Shown piece by piece: positions 1 through 13,800 of a stretch of 64,000 nucleotides of DNA. The notes below the pieces were generated by a model. It was not told the DNA's origin. It saw only the letters and a list, made by a program, of their open reading frames with translations, and made no database searches. Position 1 is the stretch's first letter, and every line of letters starts with the position of its first letter. The stretch is from Lytechinus pictus (taxonomy: Eukaryota). A program made the position numbers and the translations under genes. Location of the stretch: the NCBI RefSeq assembly GCF_037042905.1, contig NC_087251.1, forward strand, positions 1,426,001 through 1,490,000, given 5' to 3'.

Positions 1-1282
1 TTCACCCGAGCGCATAGGTTTGTAAAATAATGCCTGATACTGTTCAAGGATGCTGCAAGATAAATCCAACCAAAACACAGAAACGATAACCTTCCATTCC
101 CTGCTTCCATTCCCCCGAAACATCATAATCTCCAGAAAGAAGAACATTACTTATTACTTCGAGGTTACATGATATTATACCGTATACGTGTTTGAGAATT
201 GATACTGCTTTGGCTAATCAAAAGGCTTATAAATGGAAATCAATTTAAGAAAGCTAAATTAATATTTGTTGCTGTCGGTTTAATGATGATGATTGTACTT
301 ATTCTTTTAACACTGAATACGAATGTATAAGCGCTTCGTTACGCCGGTTTGGCACAGCTTTAGTGATAAGGCGCTCAAAATTGATAATATTACACTATTC
401 TATAGGTTTATTTACGTTATGGTATCCTTTAATGTAAGATAGTGGATATTTATCTTTCTAGAGATGTCTTGCGTCCTATACACTGAGTCGCTTGTTGTGC
501 GTTTATCATTGATGCAATCATGTACGAGAAGATGGAGGGCCAATAAAGAGGTGAAATTCAGAATACTAATAGGAAAGAACATGTATGTTTAGCTTTCAAA
601 CGATCTTGAAAGAGACAAGAGTATTTCCCTTGGGGTCTACCTAAGTTCGCTGTTGGTTGTCTAATTTTCTTCATGATCACTCAAAGGAGCTTCGACAAAG
701 AATGAGAGAAAAACAAATATCGGAGGGATAAAATGCACCAAGTCTGTCCTAACAAGAGAGATTTTATAGGCCTGCAACTTTTACGATTGTATTAGTTTAC
801 ACAAATTGTTTGTTCCCATGCTCCATACTGATTTAATTTGGACATATTAATAAGCGATAATAATTATTATTCAACCAAAATACTCTCGGAAGCATTCGTT
901 GGTGAATCCTTGATTGTATTAAAAGTATACATTAGCAAGTAAAATAAAGATTGAAGGAAATCCATGTCAAGCAAATCTTTCTGGTCCCTTAATTTGAGAG
1001 AAATAATAAGAAACGATTCGGCCTATGCAACACAGGAATCTTTTACTCAACAAGAAATAATACCAAGTTTAGGGGACGGAGAGAGAGCGAGTGAAGATGG
1101 AATGAGAGAAGAAAGAGAACATAAGCATCGCATCACTGGTATATTGCATGAGTTGGTCTCACTGATGAGAATCTCTTTAACCGATGGTGCCCTTCCACTC
1201 CAAGTCTCTATAGCAATTCATCATCATGTCATCATGCTAATGATCCATAATCAAAGACAATGGTAATATAATTACCGAACTG

Positions 1283-1332
1283 ATCATAGCTGGAGCAACA
1301 GGCGAGGCGTGACCTGTTGCTCCAGCTATGAT
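1283..1332. repeat. Perfect 20-bp inverted repeat with 10-nt spacer
   Basis: atcatagctggagcaacagg-cgaggcgtga-cctgttgctccagctatgat. Confidence 0.95.
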
Positions 1333-1773
1333 AATATTCTTCATAGTGGTAGGCACCGATGACTATTATGCTCCGACGTCAATATCCCAGGCGAAGACCA
1401 TACACAGCAACACTAATAAGCTGCGAAATTTCTGACGATATTTTGCCCCGATCTCCCTAAAAATATGGTTTGTTACTAATGAAACATGACAACATAGGCC
1501 TACATTGCTCCATGACGTTCATATTATGTATTTATCTTCCGTCACCGAGACTCTGGCGGCTATTACTCCCAATACACGACAGGAATGGGTCCGACGACAA
1601 TGATCAGAACATTTATTTAATCAATCTCTGGCGATAAATTCTCTCGCAACGCTAGATTGCTGGAATTCAGAAATAATTAGGCGAATGCATGCAGCATTGA
1701 TGTTTCTAGCATTTTTCTCTGATGGGAATCCACAACATAAACATTAATTAATTTATACACTGTTTAGCTAGGC

Positions 1774-3616
1774 TGTTGCACCACAAAATGTCGACCCTGC
1801 ACAATATTTGCGAATTTTGACACCACAAATTGTCACCCCTGCACAAATTGTCGCCTTATTTAGGCGACAATTTGTGGAGGAGGGGACACCACAAATTGTC
1901 ACCCCATTTCACTTAACACAACAAACAAAACAGGTCATGTAGGGTTGCAAATGCAATTAGACCATTTGGTTATTAGACGAATTGGTCATTAGACCAAATG
2001 AGAATTAGACCAAGTATATATTGGACCAAATTATTAGTAGACCAAATCGGTTAAGCCCATGTGTTATTAGACAAACGGAGAATTAGTACAATTGTTGTTA
2101 GACCTAGTGATTAAAATCCGAATTTTCCACGGGCTCTGCTGCTGTTCTTTCCTTAAGGTCAATTGCCAGTTGGTCTAAACCTGATTTAGCCTCATCCTAT
2201 ACATGGCCTAATTCCATTTCATCTACAACCAGTTTATTTTTTGGTCTAATTGTCATTTTGCCAATTTACAATTCCGTTTAATTTCCATTTGGTCTAAATT
2301 TTATTTGGTCTAATATCAAATTGGTCTAACCACCAAATGGTCAATTCCTGTAACAGACTGAAAATATTCATTTGTAAATTAGTAAAATCCGTAGGTTTCT
2401 TTACCAGAATACAGCCCATCGTCTTATTCATGCTTTTGTCACATCTCGCTTAGATAATTGTAATTTCCTTCTCTTTGGACTTTCTACAAAAATGACCTCA
2501 AAGCTCCAGCGCATCCAAAACATCGCGGCTCGTCTTGTTTCCAGTGTCCCTCGTTCTTCCCACATTACTCCTGTGCTTTGCAAACTCCACTGGCTTCCTA
2601 TTACTTCTCGTATCATCTACAAAATTCTTCTTCTTGCTTTCAAGTCATATCATGGTCTAGCTCCTTCATACTTTTCTGAACTCCTTCCTTGATATCAGGC
2701 AGTTCGAGTTCTACGTTCTGCTTCTCAATCTCTTCTTTCTCGATCTCATATTTCTTACAAACAATACGGTCAACGTTTATTCTCTTATACAGCTTCATTT
2801 CTTTGGAACAATCTCCCCCTACAAATTCGCAATGCTGACTGTGTTAATACATTTAAAGTTATGCTTAAAACTTATCTTTTTAAATCTTAAATTGATCATT
2901 ATGTTTGTTGGCCCATTTGATGGTATTTATTTATTCATGATCTGGTGAGAAAAAGTTGTAAATTGTAATATTAGTTTTGATACATTTTGTTGTGCAAAGT
3001 ATTTATATTTCCTTTATACTTCATATTTCCTTTCTCTTAATCGCTTAGAGGCAATTTGCGAATTTGCGGTATATAAAATTGTTATTATTATTATTATATA
3101 TTTGGGATTTAGACGAAAAGGCGATTATACCGACCAATTATATTCGACCAAGTCCTATACATTAGACCAAACTGTTACTAGAGCAAATAAGTTTAGCTTG
3201 CATGGTATTACACGATTAAAGTTTGACCAACTGCTACTGCTAGACCAAGTGGATATAATCCCCCCCCCCCAAAAAAAAAAAAAAAAAAAAACTAATAATA
3301 ATAAAAAATGATAATAATACACACATACACACACGCACATCCCCCACACACACACTACACACTAGACTTGTGGTTGAAGACTATTTGTGTAATGGAAAAA
3401 GAGCTCTGAACAAGCGCAGCTGAATATATCCATATAAAAGCTGCGCTATACAAATTAATGTTTAATACTACTATGGGCAACAATTTGTGGTTCTATATAG
3501 GTTTCTGTTTGCCGACACAAATTGGCACAATATGCTTAAAAATTGAGACCGGCACGTGCAACACAAATTGTCGTGAGGCGACAATTTGTGCAGGGATGAT
3601 AATTTGTGGTGAAACA
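1774..3616. mobile_element. Non-autonomous DNA transposon with TGT...ACA ends and 5-bp TSD (Ginger-like), containing the L2 insertion
   Basis: Imperfect ~31-bp TIRs tgttgcaccacaaaatgtcgaccctgcacaa / ttgtgcagggatgataatttgtggtgaaaca. taggc is duplicated at 1769-1773 and 3617-3621. Subterminal cacaaattgtc repeats occur at both ends. Confidence 0.7.
2375..3098 (+). mobile_element. L2-clade LINE 3' fragment (ORF2 C-terminus, 3' UTR, (tta)n tail)
   Basis: One frame reads KIRRFL..LIHAFVTSRLDNCN..KLQRIQNIAARLV..HITPVLCKLHWLPI..YKILLL, then one in-frame TGA (2690-2692), then LWNNLP..FKVMLKTYLF* (2890). Tail is cgcttagag...gcggtatataaa...ttattattatt. Confidence 0.9.
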
Positions 3617-3724
3617 TAGGCTTAGATGGCAATAACAATAATGTCGATCTGTACAGTATCAACTACGGAATTTAGGGTTCATTAGGAAGTATCTCACTAA
3701 GTCTTGTACAGAGAAGATTGCACA

Positions 3725-4297
3725 TGCACTTATTAGTTTTTTGTCTTGATTTCTGCAATGCTCTACTATCTAACGTTTTACAATCTCAGTTAGATCGCCT
3801 TAGGAAACTACAACATAATGCTGCCCGTATAGTCACCATGTCCCGTAAGAGGACCCTACTGGTTACCTGTTGTACATCGCATCATTTTTAAATTGCTCCT
3901 ATTTGTTTTCCATTCATTACCCGGGACTGCACCACAATACAGCTCTATAATATAACTCCTTATAATCCCTCTCGCAACCTTAGGTCTGCTAGTTCATCTT
4001 TACTTGATGTACCACAATCTCATAAATCATGGGGGTCGATCATTTCAACATGCTGGGCCATTCCTATGGAATAAACTTCCAAAAGAAATCCGCAAGATTT
4101 CTTTTCTCACCACTTTAAAATTTTCTCTGAAAACCTGGTTATTCACACATGCTATTAAGTAATTATTATTCTTCCCCCCTTTTTAGTAGGTTTCTATTTT
4201 CTTCGTCCTTTCTTTTCTTTATTGCGCCATGACCATCTTTTTATGATGGATACCGGCGAATTACAAATGTTAACATTATTATTAATACTATTATTAT
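3725..4297 (+). mobile_element. Second, more degenerate L2-clade LINE 3' fragment
   Basis: Frameshifted remnants of LDFCNALL, LQHNAARIV, YWLPV..RIIFKLLL, RNLRS, LWNKLP, LKTWLF; tail of (att/act)n. Confidence 0.8.
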
Positions 4298-7200
4298 ACT
4301 GTTAACGGTAACTAGAAGAACAATTCTTTATATTCCAACTTAAACTGAATGGATTGAGCAACACAATAAGGTTTGGCATATTCCAAACAATGAATGCAAT
4401 TCGTTGGTTACTTTGTGAAAATCTCTGATGTAAAACATCCCCTTCGCCCCAGCGATGCTTAATTATTGCGTATGTGCATTGACTTACAGTGCTTTGCCCT
4501 ACAAGTAAAATCTAAGGAGTTTATAATAGTATTTTGATGACCCCACCCTACCGATCGGCCGAAATCCTGAATGAAGTCGACTGTGTATGGTATATACATC
4601 CATTTTTCAGTGGATAAGAACATTCTGGGCCAGAAAATCGAGAGAAATCCACTTTGCCTTTCAAATGAGATGTTTGTAGAGCTTCCAAAATGTAAGAGGG
4701 TCGCCATGAATATAGGAGCCCCGCGGCTTCGGCACAATTTCTTCCTTCTTAAGGATTCATGCTGAATGTGCGTTAGGTGTGTCAAGTATCGTCAAGTTCG
4801 ATTCTAAATGATCAGGTTAGATGTAGGTCCAATGACATCAGGACATTCGCTGCATAATCGAGTTGCTTTTAATGTCACACAAAGTATGTAGGCGAATTTG
4901 TTAAAGTATGGAGTGTATGTGTCTCTAGACACGTCATGATGTTGTTGATCTACATTTAACTAGCTTTATCTGCTGAGAACCGATTCATAAAAATATAAGG
5001 TTATTTTTTACTTTTCCGTGGTAACTACATGTATATCGTAGTAAGGAGGCTCATAAGCTAGTCAAATACATGTGTCCAGAAAAGTTACCACAACTGAAGT
5101 CTTTGTCTATCGAGCCTTATATGTTTTCCATTTTGTTCAATTGTTATGTGATATTAATACTGCACAGTCTGTGCACCCTAATGTTAATTCAACTATCCAT
5201 GGAGGATGAGATGAAGCTTGAATCCCTTTCTGACATTCTTAATCACCACAATCCAAAAAAACCGAAGAGCTGAAACTACTCAACAGGTGCTCACAGAGTA
5301 TTACACAGAATAATTTTATACTCCAATATATACTTTGAAATTTTCAGGTATCTACTGTAGTGTGCTGAGAACAAAAGTTTATTTAATACTTTGTAATCTG
5401 AACGGTAGGGAATGCATTATCAATTATGATTGAGAGACTTTTCAACACACTCTCAATTAAAGACAAACAAAACAAACTAAACCTTTCGCAATACTACAAT
5501 TACAAATATTCAAATTTGATGCCCCATATATATTTTTTTCAATTTTTAACCGATTCGAGACCACGTCATTTCGTCGAGTTGACCATGGCTTCTCTTCGTT
5601 CGGCAACTATTGGTCAAAACAGTTAGCAGGGCCCACCGCAAAGAGGCTAACTTTGTACTACGCGGCTATGACGTCTTTTGCCATGTTTACTCGTTCAATA
5701 AGTGTTATTCCTTTAACGTGTTTAAAGCAAAATTTCGTCGAATTTTGTCAGGCGATGTAGCCATTCGAAACTCTTTAGAAACCACTATCGCGCAATGAAC
5801 AAATAGGTTTGCAGAATATATTGTGATTTTAGTCTCTTTATATCAAGAAAGGGTCTACTTTGAAGTAATTGAATCTATCTTTTCATGGCTGTTTTGTGTT
5901 TGTAAGTACTTTGAGATGGAGACTAGAATCACAACTTTGGCCACATACTGACTCGTGTTACCTGTTAGACTTTGTGTTGATATACATAACGATGGAGATA
6001 CTGAGCTAGAACTCACATCCATATAGAAAAAAAGATCAGTATATGAAGTGTGCAACCAATCGTGCACAGACAACACAAGTTTAGGAGAACAATATTATTC
6101 ATAAATTATTTAGAAGCAAAATTAATTGGGGAATAAATGAGAAGACAGGAGAAAGGTATAAATAATAAAGTACATTTTTACCACTAGTCCAGCGCTTTTG
6201 AGCCGGTGTACCACTGGGCCAAATTCTTTCTTTGATGAGTCACAACGTCAGCCAAAAAATATTTTGAAAATAAGAATCTGAAATAGATATTGTAATTTTA
6301 TTAGAAAACACGGAAATGGCCCTGCATTGCATTGCCCCATAATAAAAATACACTGGGACCACCTTTAATTTTGAGTAAAGTTTCAATCGTTTCTTTCCGA
6401 GTCAAATGTTAATTCAACCACGTTTAGACGATTATCCATAGTTCAGAAAAGGGTATGCATACAGCAATCAACATACAAAAATCATTCAATAAACTACACT
6501 AGTTGATGTTGTGAGGAAACCATACCCTCATGTTTTACACCCTGGAGTTTGAACGACAAATACATGCAGTGTCAGTAAAGTACATGATGATGATAACACC
6601 AAAACGTATTGAACTAGCACCATAAATTTAACGCAGGTGTACAATGCTATAATATAAAGCATGATCCCCTGTGAACAGCAGTAGTGTTAATATAACGCCC
6701 AGGTTTGTGCAGTGCTAAAACACTCTTAATGAAATGAGAATTAAGAACTAAAGAACCTTTCATACACTTGACATGTTGGCCCGAGGCTCTTCCTATAGCC
6801 CCAAAGGCATAATAGTTGTTGACTGTCTCTTCTTCTAACTTGCGTAGTACCTCTATATGAAATTTCAGTAGAAACGGCGACAGGTTGGTGAAAGAGAGAA
6901 ATCTTTGACAAGAGAATCCTTATGAAAAGGGAAACAGACAGTGCTCAAGGCAAGCAAGATAAAGTACATCGTTCAGCTGATTATCTAAAGAAAAGTTCAG
7001 CCTACGTCAAGTAGGCTTCCATAAAAGTAGATAAATAAGAGAAACATATCAACATATTCATCGAATAATAAAAGTTTATGTATTTTAGGTTTCTATTTGT
7101 CGACATCTAATGAAATTAATCTGCTTTCCTAAAGAAATACTTTCCAGAAACTGCAATTTTATCGAAATTATGAATAAATTTACCATGTTCATTACATACA

Positions 7201-10200
7201 TTTACCATATACGCTCCAATTAGAAACAAATGATTCATTCATCATGTACCGAAAAATGTAATAACGGTATTTTTAAAACTTGGTATAAATATGGGAGAGC
7301 TGCGAGCGACCAACGTCAGACAATTATTAATCCGGCTTTTTATAAAAGGTCGTGTATAAAAGTGGTGCGTATAAAGTTTCGGGTAGATTTCTTTGGGTAG
7401 CCATAAGGGCAAAAATTAAAAGGCCGTGTAAGTGGTGTGGAGTGGAAGCTACCCAGTCGGCCAATCATTGTTTATTGATTTTGTTATTTCTTGCTTATAA
7501 CAGTCCTTTCATCCTTGAGAAAACTTATTTCAATAATTTGATATCAGAATTATTCACTAAAAATAAAAATATTTCGTGTAAATTATCATATCTATTTCAT
7601 ATATATTATTTTTGCTATTTTGTTTGATTTACTGTATTGGTTATGTTTCTTTCCTATTGTGTTTGCTTTTTACTGTAGGCCTATATGGACCCAATGGAAG
7701 AGCAGTAATGCCATGTTGACAAAATTGAATATGGGCTACACATCTGTTTTGTATTTTTGTTGTTTTTATATGGAAAATAGATTTCATACTATACTATACT
7801 ATTGATTTCTGTGTATAAACCATTCAGGTAGAAACTTTATCCATAGACATGAAAGAAAAAGTGATAAAATCGGAACACCTCGAGTATGCAACTATATGCT
7901 TGACTTTTGGGTAACATCGATACCAAACATGTTGTATAAGATGCAAAAACTGGGTCAGATGGAATCATATTTCAAAGAATTTAAATCTTTCCAAATCTGG
8001 TGAGAAAACTGTCATGTCACATGAGGTCTGTCTTCAGAGATGACTCTAACATCAGCGACATTAATAAATCACATATAGCACGACAATTACATAAACGTAT
8101 GAGTGCCCAGTCTAAAAGGGATTATGGGGGGGGGGGGGGTGAGGGGGCTTGATCCCCACTTCTTTCTGTAAACATGTAAAAATACGTGGTTAATATATTC
8201 TTATGATAATTTGCATGTTCAACCCCATTTCTGTCTCGGCACCCAATAAAAAAAAAACGCTCTGCGTTATTAAGTGTGCATTAATTTAATCAAATCCCTT
8301 AAAAACGTATGAATTGACACCAAAACTTTGGCAGTTCGACTTTATTGGTGTTCTCTGTTAAAAATGTAAATCATGTTTGTTTTGTATTTGCAAAAGTATA
8401 CTTTTATTAAAATACAACATATTTGCACGCTTTCGGTTGTATCTTCCACATTCAAACTTTAATATTATCAATTAGGTAAGAGAGAGTAGGAGAGAGAGAG
8501 AGAGTCTGAAAGAGAGGGGGAAGAGAGAGGGAGATATAATATGGAGGGAGTAGAAGAGAGAGAAAGGGGGAGGTGTATCTAGGCTGGGTGGACCTGATTC
8601 ATACATTATTAATGATTTCAAATCTCCGGAAGAAAGCAATACTAGTATTTTGACATTATTGATGCCTTAGAATAATACACTTTTTTTATAACCAAAGCTG
8701 TTAAAGATATAGTAAAGTTGGAATATTACTGTACTCAAAAGCGTAATGAACCAAACATAATTATTGAAAAGGCGGTTGGGGAAAAATCATTCTGAAATTC
8801 GCGAGTGAGGAAAGCGAGCGACGGAGTGAGCGAAAATTGTGATCTGTTTGAATTGAAAATCTTATTTTGTGATATATTTTAACACAATATGCACAACATT
8901 ATTTCACAATTTTAACGTTTATTTTATTTCTTTCTCTTCCTCTTGCCCCCCTTTTTTTGCTTGTGAAAATTTTCGGGATCCATTGCCACCTAACGCCGCC
9001 ATCTATACGCCAGTGATTGTAATTATTGTCTCAATTTCATTTACAAATAAAGAGATAAGGGGGATATTAGAGAGCGGGAGGAGGAGGGGCAGATGAAAAA
9101 TACGACAGTAAAACCTTTCTGCCGAAACCGTCATTTTCTGTCTGATCAGAGTCCCGGAAAGTAATCATCTTTAAGCGCTGGTTACACTCAGGAGTTAGCC
9201 TTGTACAAATTGCCAATTTCCACTATGTAAGTGCTTCTATTTATCATAAGGAAAATATATAGGCCTACCTTACAAAAGTCCAGCAATATTTCAAGGAAAT
9301 GGGGACTGAGATTACCAATTATGTTTCATGCGGAAATCTGGGGTCATAGACATCCATGTTATTTGAGGAAAGAGAGAAAGAAGAGAGCAAGCGGGAGAAA
9401 GCAAGTGTGAGATAAAGAGATAATGGAGAGGGGGAGAGGTGAAAAGTATAGATGAGAGAATGAATTATTTCACTATAATCGTCAAATATGATTTATGATT
9501 AAAAAAAAATTGCATCGACAATAATGAAAATACATTTTTAGGCCTATGTTTCCATCTAGAGTAATTGAGGGAATTTTCAATTCTTGTTTCGTTAATAAAT
9601 CATCCATTATTATCTGTGCAAAATTTATTGCTAGACCCATTCTCCTAATTTCTCCCCATCTCCCATGTTGTCAGTATGATTTGTTTCAGGAAGTAGTTCT
9701 GGAAAAAGAGGTCTGCTGAATTCTATTATGAATGGATTAAACATTCCAAAGATATTTATCTTATCACGACCAAGACAAAGGCTGTTTTGATCGGAGGAGG
9801 TGTCGGAGGAGACACAGTCAGGGTAGTGCCGGTCTGGACAAAATTTCTCCGACTTTCCTTCGACCAAGATATACCATATCTTGCTACTGGTTTCGATGTT
9901 TTTAATATTCTGTATTTTCATATTGAATGATATTTGTTTAACTGCAGAGAGCCTTTGTAAAGCAGTTTTTCAGAAATGAATAGGTCAATCCTGCAGTATA
10001 AAATAAATAAAACAACATAAATAAATACTGTATACTGTAGGCAATGAAAATAAATGAAGTTGTGATATGTATTGAAGTTTGAAGCAGGCATGTATTAATT
10101 GATACCCAAAGCTTTTAAGTATTATCAAAGGTCTACAGAAGCATGGACCCTACCACAAATGACAGAAGCAACACATTTTTTCTTGAACCTTAGCTTGAAG

Positions 10201-10300
10201 AGGAAAAAGTAATCTGGTAATTAACACCCTAAGCATTGCAATGAATGTAAAGAAAACAATACTTTTTGATTTCGAGGCTTCGATTAAAGCAGTATTCGTG

Positions 10301-10371
10301 AGGTGACGTGGCCGAGTGGTCTAAGGCGCCTGACTATACATGGAAAGCCCGGGGTTCGATCCCCGGCCGCT
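10301..10371 (+). mobile_element. tRNA-derived SINE head or tRNA pseudogene
   Basis: A box tggccgagtgg (10309-10319) followed by tctaaggcg; B box ggttcgatccc (10353-10363); anticodon arm not canonical. Confidence 0.7.
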
Positions 10372-10643
10372 GTATATCTTCCCTTACACGCTTTCAAGCT
10401 TTAATGGGGTAAACCTATTTTGATCAATACCCTTCGATACATTCAGGAAAATGGCCCGTTCTTGATTTAGAGTGCGTTTCAGTCATCCAACCTTCTCTCT
10501 TCAATCTAGCTACTCTGATGCTCTTCGTGTTTTTTGTACAAGCACTTATATTAATAATTTAACATAAAGTGACTCTTGTCAATGGTGTGTTGAGCACACT
10601 GCAAAAACTCCGGTGTTGATTTAACACCAGATCGGAATCTATA

Positions 10644-12807
10644 CACAGCAAAAAAGTAAGTCCCCCCTAAACAAACATCAATAATTTCCGAACCAATACG
10701 AGTTTTCAATATATTTTTACATGAGCGTATAGGTAATTTTATAAACTACCCTCTGAGTAAAATATGGACGTATTTTACGTCATGCTTCAGTGAGCACCGT
10801 CAGAAGGCAAAAATGTCACTTTTCAAAAGTCACAAGCCAAATATCATGACTTTGATTCCATTTTATTGGAACTAATTCTACATTCTCATCATGAAAAATA
10901 GTCAGAAGGCTTGTAAAACGTCCTTTCTAAAAGACGATACAACTTTTTTGGTTAAATTTCACGGTTGAATAAACACTAGTCAAAATTTGCTATGATTTGA
11001 TTTTTTACACATTTTTATCAATAAAAATGATAAAATATGATGACAGTTATTTTGGGGAAGAGTATCTTCAACAATATTCATCGTTTCACGGTTCAATGAA
11101 CATTTATTGAAAACAAAAAATACGATTTTCAAATATCATAGGCAAGTATTGTTTCATTTTGGTAACTGAAACTGATCTTTTATCAACTTTTTCGTTATGT
11201 TTATGACCAATGAACATGCTTCAATGATTCAAAGGCGTTTGATTAAACATTCACGCTTGAATGAAGATGTGGAATGTGATAAGCTCTTTTTTACGTTATT
11301 GGAAAAAAATGCAATTTGTAACTATGGATATCTGTCACAAACCTCCTTGCATGGTTCATTTGATTTGATTTTTATGAAAATCCCGATGTTTAATGCATCA
11401 GTGAGCACACAATATTCGAAAATTATGGAAATGAGAAGAAAGTTTAAGGCCTTGGCCCCACTCTGTGCCGTACCGAATTGTTATTTTGGTGTGCGCGCCT
11501 TTTGGATAGTGTTACTCTGAAGCCATGTGCGAAGTTTCATGAAATAACTGTCGGCAGAAGTAACAAAAACCGTCCATGAAACAAACCCTCATTTCATATT
11601 TGTTAAAAATTTGACTTCCTCTCTCATAGACTTGTGTACATTATCGGTGCATAATTATGTATAAGAATAAGTAACCCCTTATTCAATATGGTGGAACTTT
11701 TTTCAAGGCTGTCTTTAGCAATGTCATTTGGCAGTAATGTTTATCAACCTATCGCCAGAATTCTGTGTAAAAATGAAAATCGATTTGTTCATTTATGGAT
11801 GAGTGAGCACGCATCAAAGTGGGAAAATGGGTATTTTCAATGTTACAGACTCATTTTAAAGGGTAATAAGGTGAATATTGGGGGCAAATTCGGTTTCAAA
11901 TGTGACTTTAATTGCTGTTGTTTTTATCATCCATCATTTCTATCACCACACACTTTTCGAACTTTTAACATTTTCATGGTTGAGCGAGCACATTCAAAAC
12001 TTAGGAATGAATACCCTTTATACTGCATAAATGTATTCTTTTCCTAACAATTTCTCATGATCAGTTTAATTTATGGAAAAATCAGTGGTGGATCCATAAT
12101 TTAAAAATGGGGGAGGGGCCTATAATCTGGGGAGCCACCAACATTTTCAAATTTTAATATGACATAACAAGTTGTAGAGGATACTACCAAAAAACCCTAT
12201 GATGATACGTCACAATACAGGGGCCGCGGAACGGTTTTCAAAGTGTGCATGGGGGAGGGGCTGAGCCAAAAGTGGGGAGGGGGCTGACCATGCACAAAAT
12301 CACAATCGTATGGTCATTTTTACATTTTTTAACATGCTTTTGGAAAAATTCTGAAAAACGACTCTTGTGACTTTCAAAAATTGTAATTTTTAAGTCAATC
12401 TTTAATTACTCATGCATGACTCAACCGATCAATCTCATTTTTCCCCAGGAGTTGCTTAATGAGTGCAGAAAACCATCTATACGAAATATCATATCTCAAA
12501 ATAATTCCGTTCAAAAGTTACAGTTTTTTTTTATAATAAATTTAATTATGATTTATGTTATGTTATCTATTTCATTATATTCATTTTCTGTAATTTATTC
12601 ATTTACTATGTATGTGTTCTGCTTTTCATTTATCATGTTTATGTTTCTTTTTATTCGTGGAGGGCTCCGTTGTAAAACAGTTTTGTAACTGAACCGGACT
12701 ACCCTCCACTGTTCTTTTTATCGATTTTTGTTAAATAAAACATGAATAAATAATAAATAAATCAATACAGCAATTTGATTTAGGGGGGACTTACTTTTTT
12801 TGTTGTG
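10644..12807. mobile_element. Non-autonomous Tc1/mariner-like DNA transposon with TA TSD, nested in the MITE
   Basis: TIRs cacagcaaaaaagtaagtcccccctaa / ttaggggggacttactttttttgttgtg; TA at 10642-10643 and 12808-12809; no transposase ORF seen. Confidence 0.85.
12535..12762 (+). mobile_element. Short retroposon 3' tail inserted near the right end of the Tc1-like element
   Basis: T-rich UTR, stem gtggaggg...ccctccac (12657-12709), and (aataa)n tail. Confidence 0.55.
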
Positions 12808-13500
12808 TATATAATATGTCCACACCAGAAAAGTGTTAAACAACACCATTTTCGTTTTGGTCTAACACCAGAAAGGTGTTTATACAATACCAATTAGTAT
12901 TAAAACAGCATCGGTTTGATTCCAAACTGGTGTTGTTTCAATACTTCTCTGGTGTGGACCTATATAGATTCCGGGCTGGTGTTAAATCAACACCGGAATT
13001 TTTGCAGTGCATTTACCCCTAACTCCATCAGTTGAATGATGTTGTTTTGTTGTTGCTGTAATGCAGATCACTGTCGACCTGTCTACTCAGGTTTCAACCT
13101 CCAACAAAGATAATCTCTTCGATATATTTTTTCATATTTGTGTTATCAATAAAAATATGCGCGATGAGTCATGAAAGACTAAACCCCAAACTAAAATTTA
13201 GTGCCAAACTTTCCTGTTGTGAGAAACACCCCTGTTCCTCTATGCATTCATAATTTTACATCGTGAATCGATATCACAATGACGTGCAAATTGAAGCCCT
13301 TGCATAAACTTTATAAATTCTTTTAAAACAAAAATAAGACAATTACCTAACAGCTGAGGAGGTGAGTAGGGGAGTTGAAACTGCACACAATGTCAGTTAT
13401 TATTATAGAAGCATGCTAATACCCAAAATGAATTGTATTTGCAAAGACATAATATAATACCTCATTTAAAACGAATCAAAATATGCGGAATCACATAAGA

Positions 13501-13800
13501 ATTTGATTTGATTTGATTTATTTATTTCCGTTTCACATTCGTGCATAATATGATAAACATAACATAACAAGGTCGAAAATACTACAAGACAAACTATAAT
13601 ATATATATAACATAATCATAGATTTAAGGAACACAATTCAGTAAATAAAGATATCTCAAATGACATTTGTATTTAAAAGTAAAACGGAGGGACTTGCCGA
13701 AAAAAGCAAAGCTTGTACAAGAGGCAAGCCCCTTTCTTATAGTTACATTACAAAATTACAACAAATAAATATTGGGTCTTAATAATAGTTTTGTTTAAAA
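13501..13800 (-). mobile_element. LINE 3' UTR remnant on the minus strand
   Basis: Minus-strand stem-loop aggggcttgcc-tcttgtacaagctttgcttttttc-ggcaagtccct, followed by aataaataaat(caaat)3. Left end is defined by the tail; right end is approximate. Confidence 0.65.

Larger units (their letters stand above)
10597..13009. mobile_element. ~250-bp palindromic MITE split by a 2.2-kb insertion
   Basis: TIRs cactgcaaaaactccggtgttgatttaacaccag (10597-10630) and ctggtgttaaatcaacaccggaatttttgcagtg (12976-13009); ca on both flanks. Confidence 0.85.

Noticed and set aside
7338..7470. Three TATAAA-like motifs plus CCAAT as a promoter
   Set aside because: Such motifs are common in AT-rich DNA, the CCAAT lies downstream of the TATA motifs, and there is no associated gene.
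9631..9993. Possible minus-strand exon (acceptor-like site near 9991, 96-aa ORF)
   Set aside because: Stops occur soon after the acceptor in the frames checked, and no homology is recognisable.
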